Shown in pieces: positions 17,068-18,506 of a stretch of 18,506 bases of DNA. Origin of the DNA: Promethearchaeota archaeon. GTDB taxonomy: Archaea; Asgardarchaeota; Lokiarchaeia; Sigyniarchaeales; SOKP01. The stretch's first letter is position 1. Every line of letters begins with the position of its first letter. The position numbers were made by a program, and so were the translations under genes. The stretch is taken from NCBI GenBank assembly GCA_016839705.1, contig JAEOTR010000077.1:1-18506 (forward strand). Direction: 5' to 3'. The notes under the pieces were generated by a model. The model was not told where the DNA came from. It did no database searches and saw only the letters and a program-made list of their open reading frames with translations.

Positions 17068-17745
17068 TTATTTTTTTTTTTTACTACGTGAATAATTAGC
17101 AAACAAACTATTATGTAATTTTTGGAATCTTTCTAAATATTCCGTTGATATTACTTTAGGTTCTCCGATTTGCAGAGTTCCCCAATAAATTTTCGCTAAT
17201 TTTTCTACTAATTCTGCAAATTTTACCGCATGATCCATAGATTTTCCACAAACAATGACCCCATGATTTGCTAATAAAGCAGCATTTTTTTTAGCTAATG
17301 TATTAAGAGCAACTTGTCCAATTTCTTCAGTATGAGCTTTCCCAAAATCCGAAACATCAACTGATCCTCCTAAAAAAATATACATCTCTTCCATTATGAT
17401 GGGAATACCTTTCTGAGCTATCGAAAGTATAGTTGCATACTCAGAATGTGTATGAATTACTGCTTGAACTTTTGGTCTAGATTTATAAATTGCGATATGC
17501 ATTTTTGTTTCAGTTGACGGTAATTTTCCAGTGCTCAGTGGGGTGCCATCAAAATTCATATGGACAATCTCTTCCTTTTTGAGTGTTAAATACTTGTTAA
17601 AAGAGGGAGTGATAAAAAGTTCTTCTCTTTTCCCATTGCGAATACTTACGTTTCCTTCTCCCGCATCTACTAAGCCCTTTATGAATATTGCTTTTGCTCC
17701 TTCAACTACTTCAATCCGAAGCATATCTTCTTTAGTTAACGTCAT
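17068..17745 (-). CDS. Class II aldolase/adducin family protein (FucA-like)
   Basis: EGNVSIR, ITPS, PSTETKMH (catalytic Glu), VIHTHS and LLANHG zinc ligands. Confidence 0.9.
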   Translation of the reverse strand: MTLTKEDMLRIEVVEGAKAIFIKGLVDAGEGNVSIRNGKREELFITPSFNKYLTLKKEEIVHMNFDGTPLSTGKLPSTETKMHIAIYKSRPKVQAVIHTHSEYATILSIAQKGIPIIMEEMYIFLGGSVDVSDFGKAHTEEIGQVALNTLAKKNAALLANHGVIVCGKSMDHAVKFAELVEKLAKIYWGTLQIGEPKVISTEYLERFQKLHNSLFANYSRSKKKK

Positions 17746-17911
17746 AAATTAAATAATTATGACTATGTTAAAAACATATTTCGAAATGATTAAAATCTTT
17801 AAAAAAATTTTTGACGTTGTTTAAAAATTCAAAATAGTCTATTTTTTTAAATAAATTTGAGATTTTCTCTTATTGAATATTTCATATTAATATTATTTCA
17901 ACTAAAATATC

Positions 17912-18506
17912 ATGACCCGGCTTATATTACATGGTGATCTTGATTGTTTCTTTGCTGCTGTAGAAATAAGAGATAATCCCGAATTTAAAGGGAAACCTGT
18001 TATAATAGGTGCGGATCCAAAAGATGGAAAGGGTCGGGGTGTTGTTTCAACATGCTCTTATGAAGCAAGGGTATTTGGGCTACATTCTGGAATGCCAATC
18101 TCTCAAGCATATCAGCGTTGTCCAGATGGAATATATCTAAGACCTAATATTAGCAAATATCGCTTGGTTTCGAAAAAAGTCATGGAAATATTAGAGAAAT
18201 ATTCCAAAAATTTCCAGCAGGTTGGTAGTGATGAAGCATATCTAGACCTATCAGAAAGTTGTCTGAATTTCGAGGAAGCAAAAGAAGTAGCAAAAGAAAT
18301 TCAACATGAAATAAGAAACAAAGTAGAAATAACAATATCGATTGGAATTGCACCAACAAAATCACTAGCAAAAATTGCCTCTGATTTTGAAAAGCCTAAT
18401 GGATTAACAATATTCACACTAGACAATTTCAAAGCCCTTTTAAAAGACAAAGATATAACTTGTATCCCTGGTATTGGAAAAAAAACAAAAATTAAGTTTG
18501 TTAAGA
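17912..18506 (+). CDS. dinB: Y-family DNA polymerase IV (DinB/Dpo4), truncated by the window end
   Basis: Manual translation from ATG 17912 gives MTRLILHGDLDCFFAAVEIRDNPEFKGKPVIIG...RGVVSTCSYEARVFGLHSGMP...GSDEAYLDL...SIGIAPTKSLAKIASDFEKPNG...IPGIGKKT. The frame is open to the window edge and is missing from the ORF track. Confidence 0.95.
   Translation, partial: MTRLILHGDLDCFFAAVEIRDNPEFKGKPVIIGADPKDGKGRGVVSTCSYEARVFGLHSGMPISQAYQRCPDGIYLRPNISKYRLVSKKVMEILEKYSKNFQQVGSDEAYLDLSESCLNFEEAKEVAKEIQHEIRNKVEITISIGIAPTKSLAKIASDFEKPNGLTIFTLDNFKALLKDKDITCIPGIGKKTKIKFVK

Noticed and set aside
17055-17102. N-terminal extension of the TIM-barrel ORF across the 12-nt T run (17071-17082), as a possible frameshift, fusion or phase-variation site
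   Set aside because: On the coding strand the run is poly-A encoding the aldolase's terminal lysines just before its TAA. In-frame ATGs at 17054 and 17048 give a normal start, so no fusion is needed.
14359-18371. Short ORFs 14359-14565, 17531-17752 and 18180-18371
   Set aside because: They lie in an alternate frame or antisense within the hydrolase, aldolase and dinB genes.
1-18506. CRISPR arrays, IS elements, integrases, rRNA
   Set aside because: By eye I found no periodic repeats, terminal inverted repeats, transposase or integrase motifs, or long GC-rich RNA segments.

Overview
This is an AT-rich, gene-dense window of chromosomal backbone that looks archaeal. Hef helicase-nuclease, a Rab-like small GTPase and a stand-alone Roadblock/LC7 protein together suggest an Asgard archaeon, probably Lokiarchaeia-like (inference, no database search run). 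Gene order: tRNA-Val(CAC) 5' part (minus strand, non-tRNA-like after the anticodon arm), hef, Rab-like GTPase with C-terminal zinc ribbon, UDP-glucuronate decarboxylase, DUF1616-like glycoprotein, tldE/tldD (minus), small zinc-ribbon protein, purB, purM (Bacteroidota-type), PfkB kinase, CPBP intramembrane protease, MJ0936/Vps29-fold phosphoesterase, Roadblock protein, alpha/beta hydrolase, nadC, NikR-like regulator lacking Ni ligands, TIM-barrel isomerase/epimerase, class II aldolase, and a dinB cut by the window edge. The tRNA and dinB are absent from the supplied ORF track. I saw no CRISPR array, transposase or defence island, and I cannot claim a clear-cut new multi-gene system. The best leads are the apparently interrupted or split tRNA-Val, the atypical Rab-zinc-ribbon GTPase, the CPBP/Vps29-like/Roadblock run, and the UXS gene coupled to a sequon-rich surface protein.
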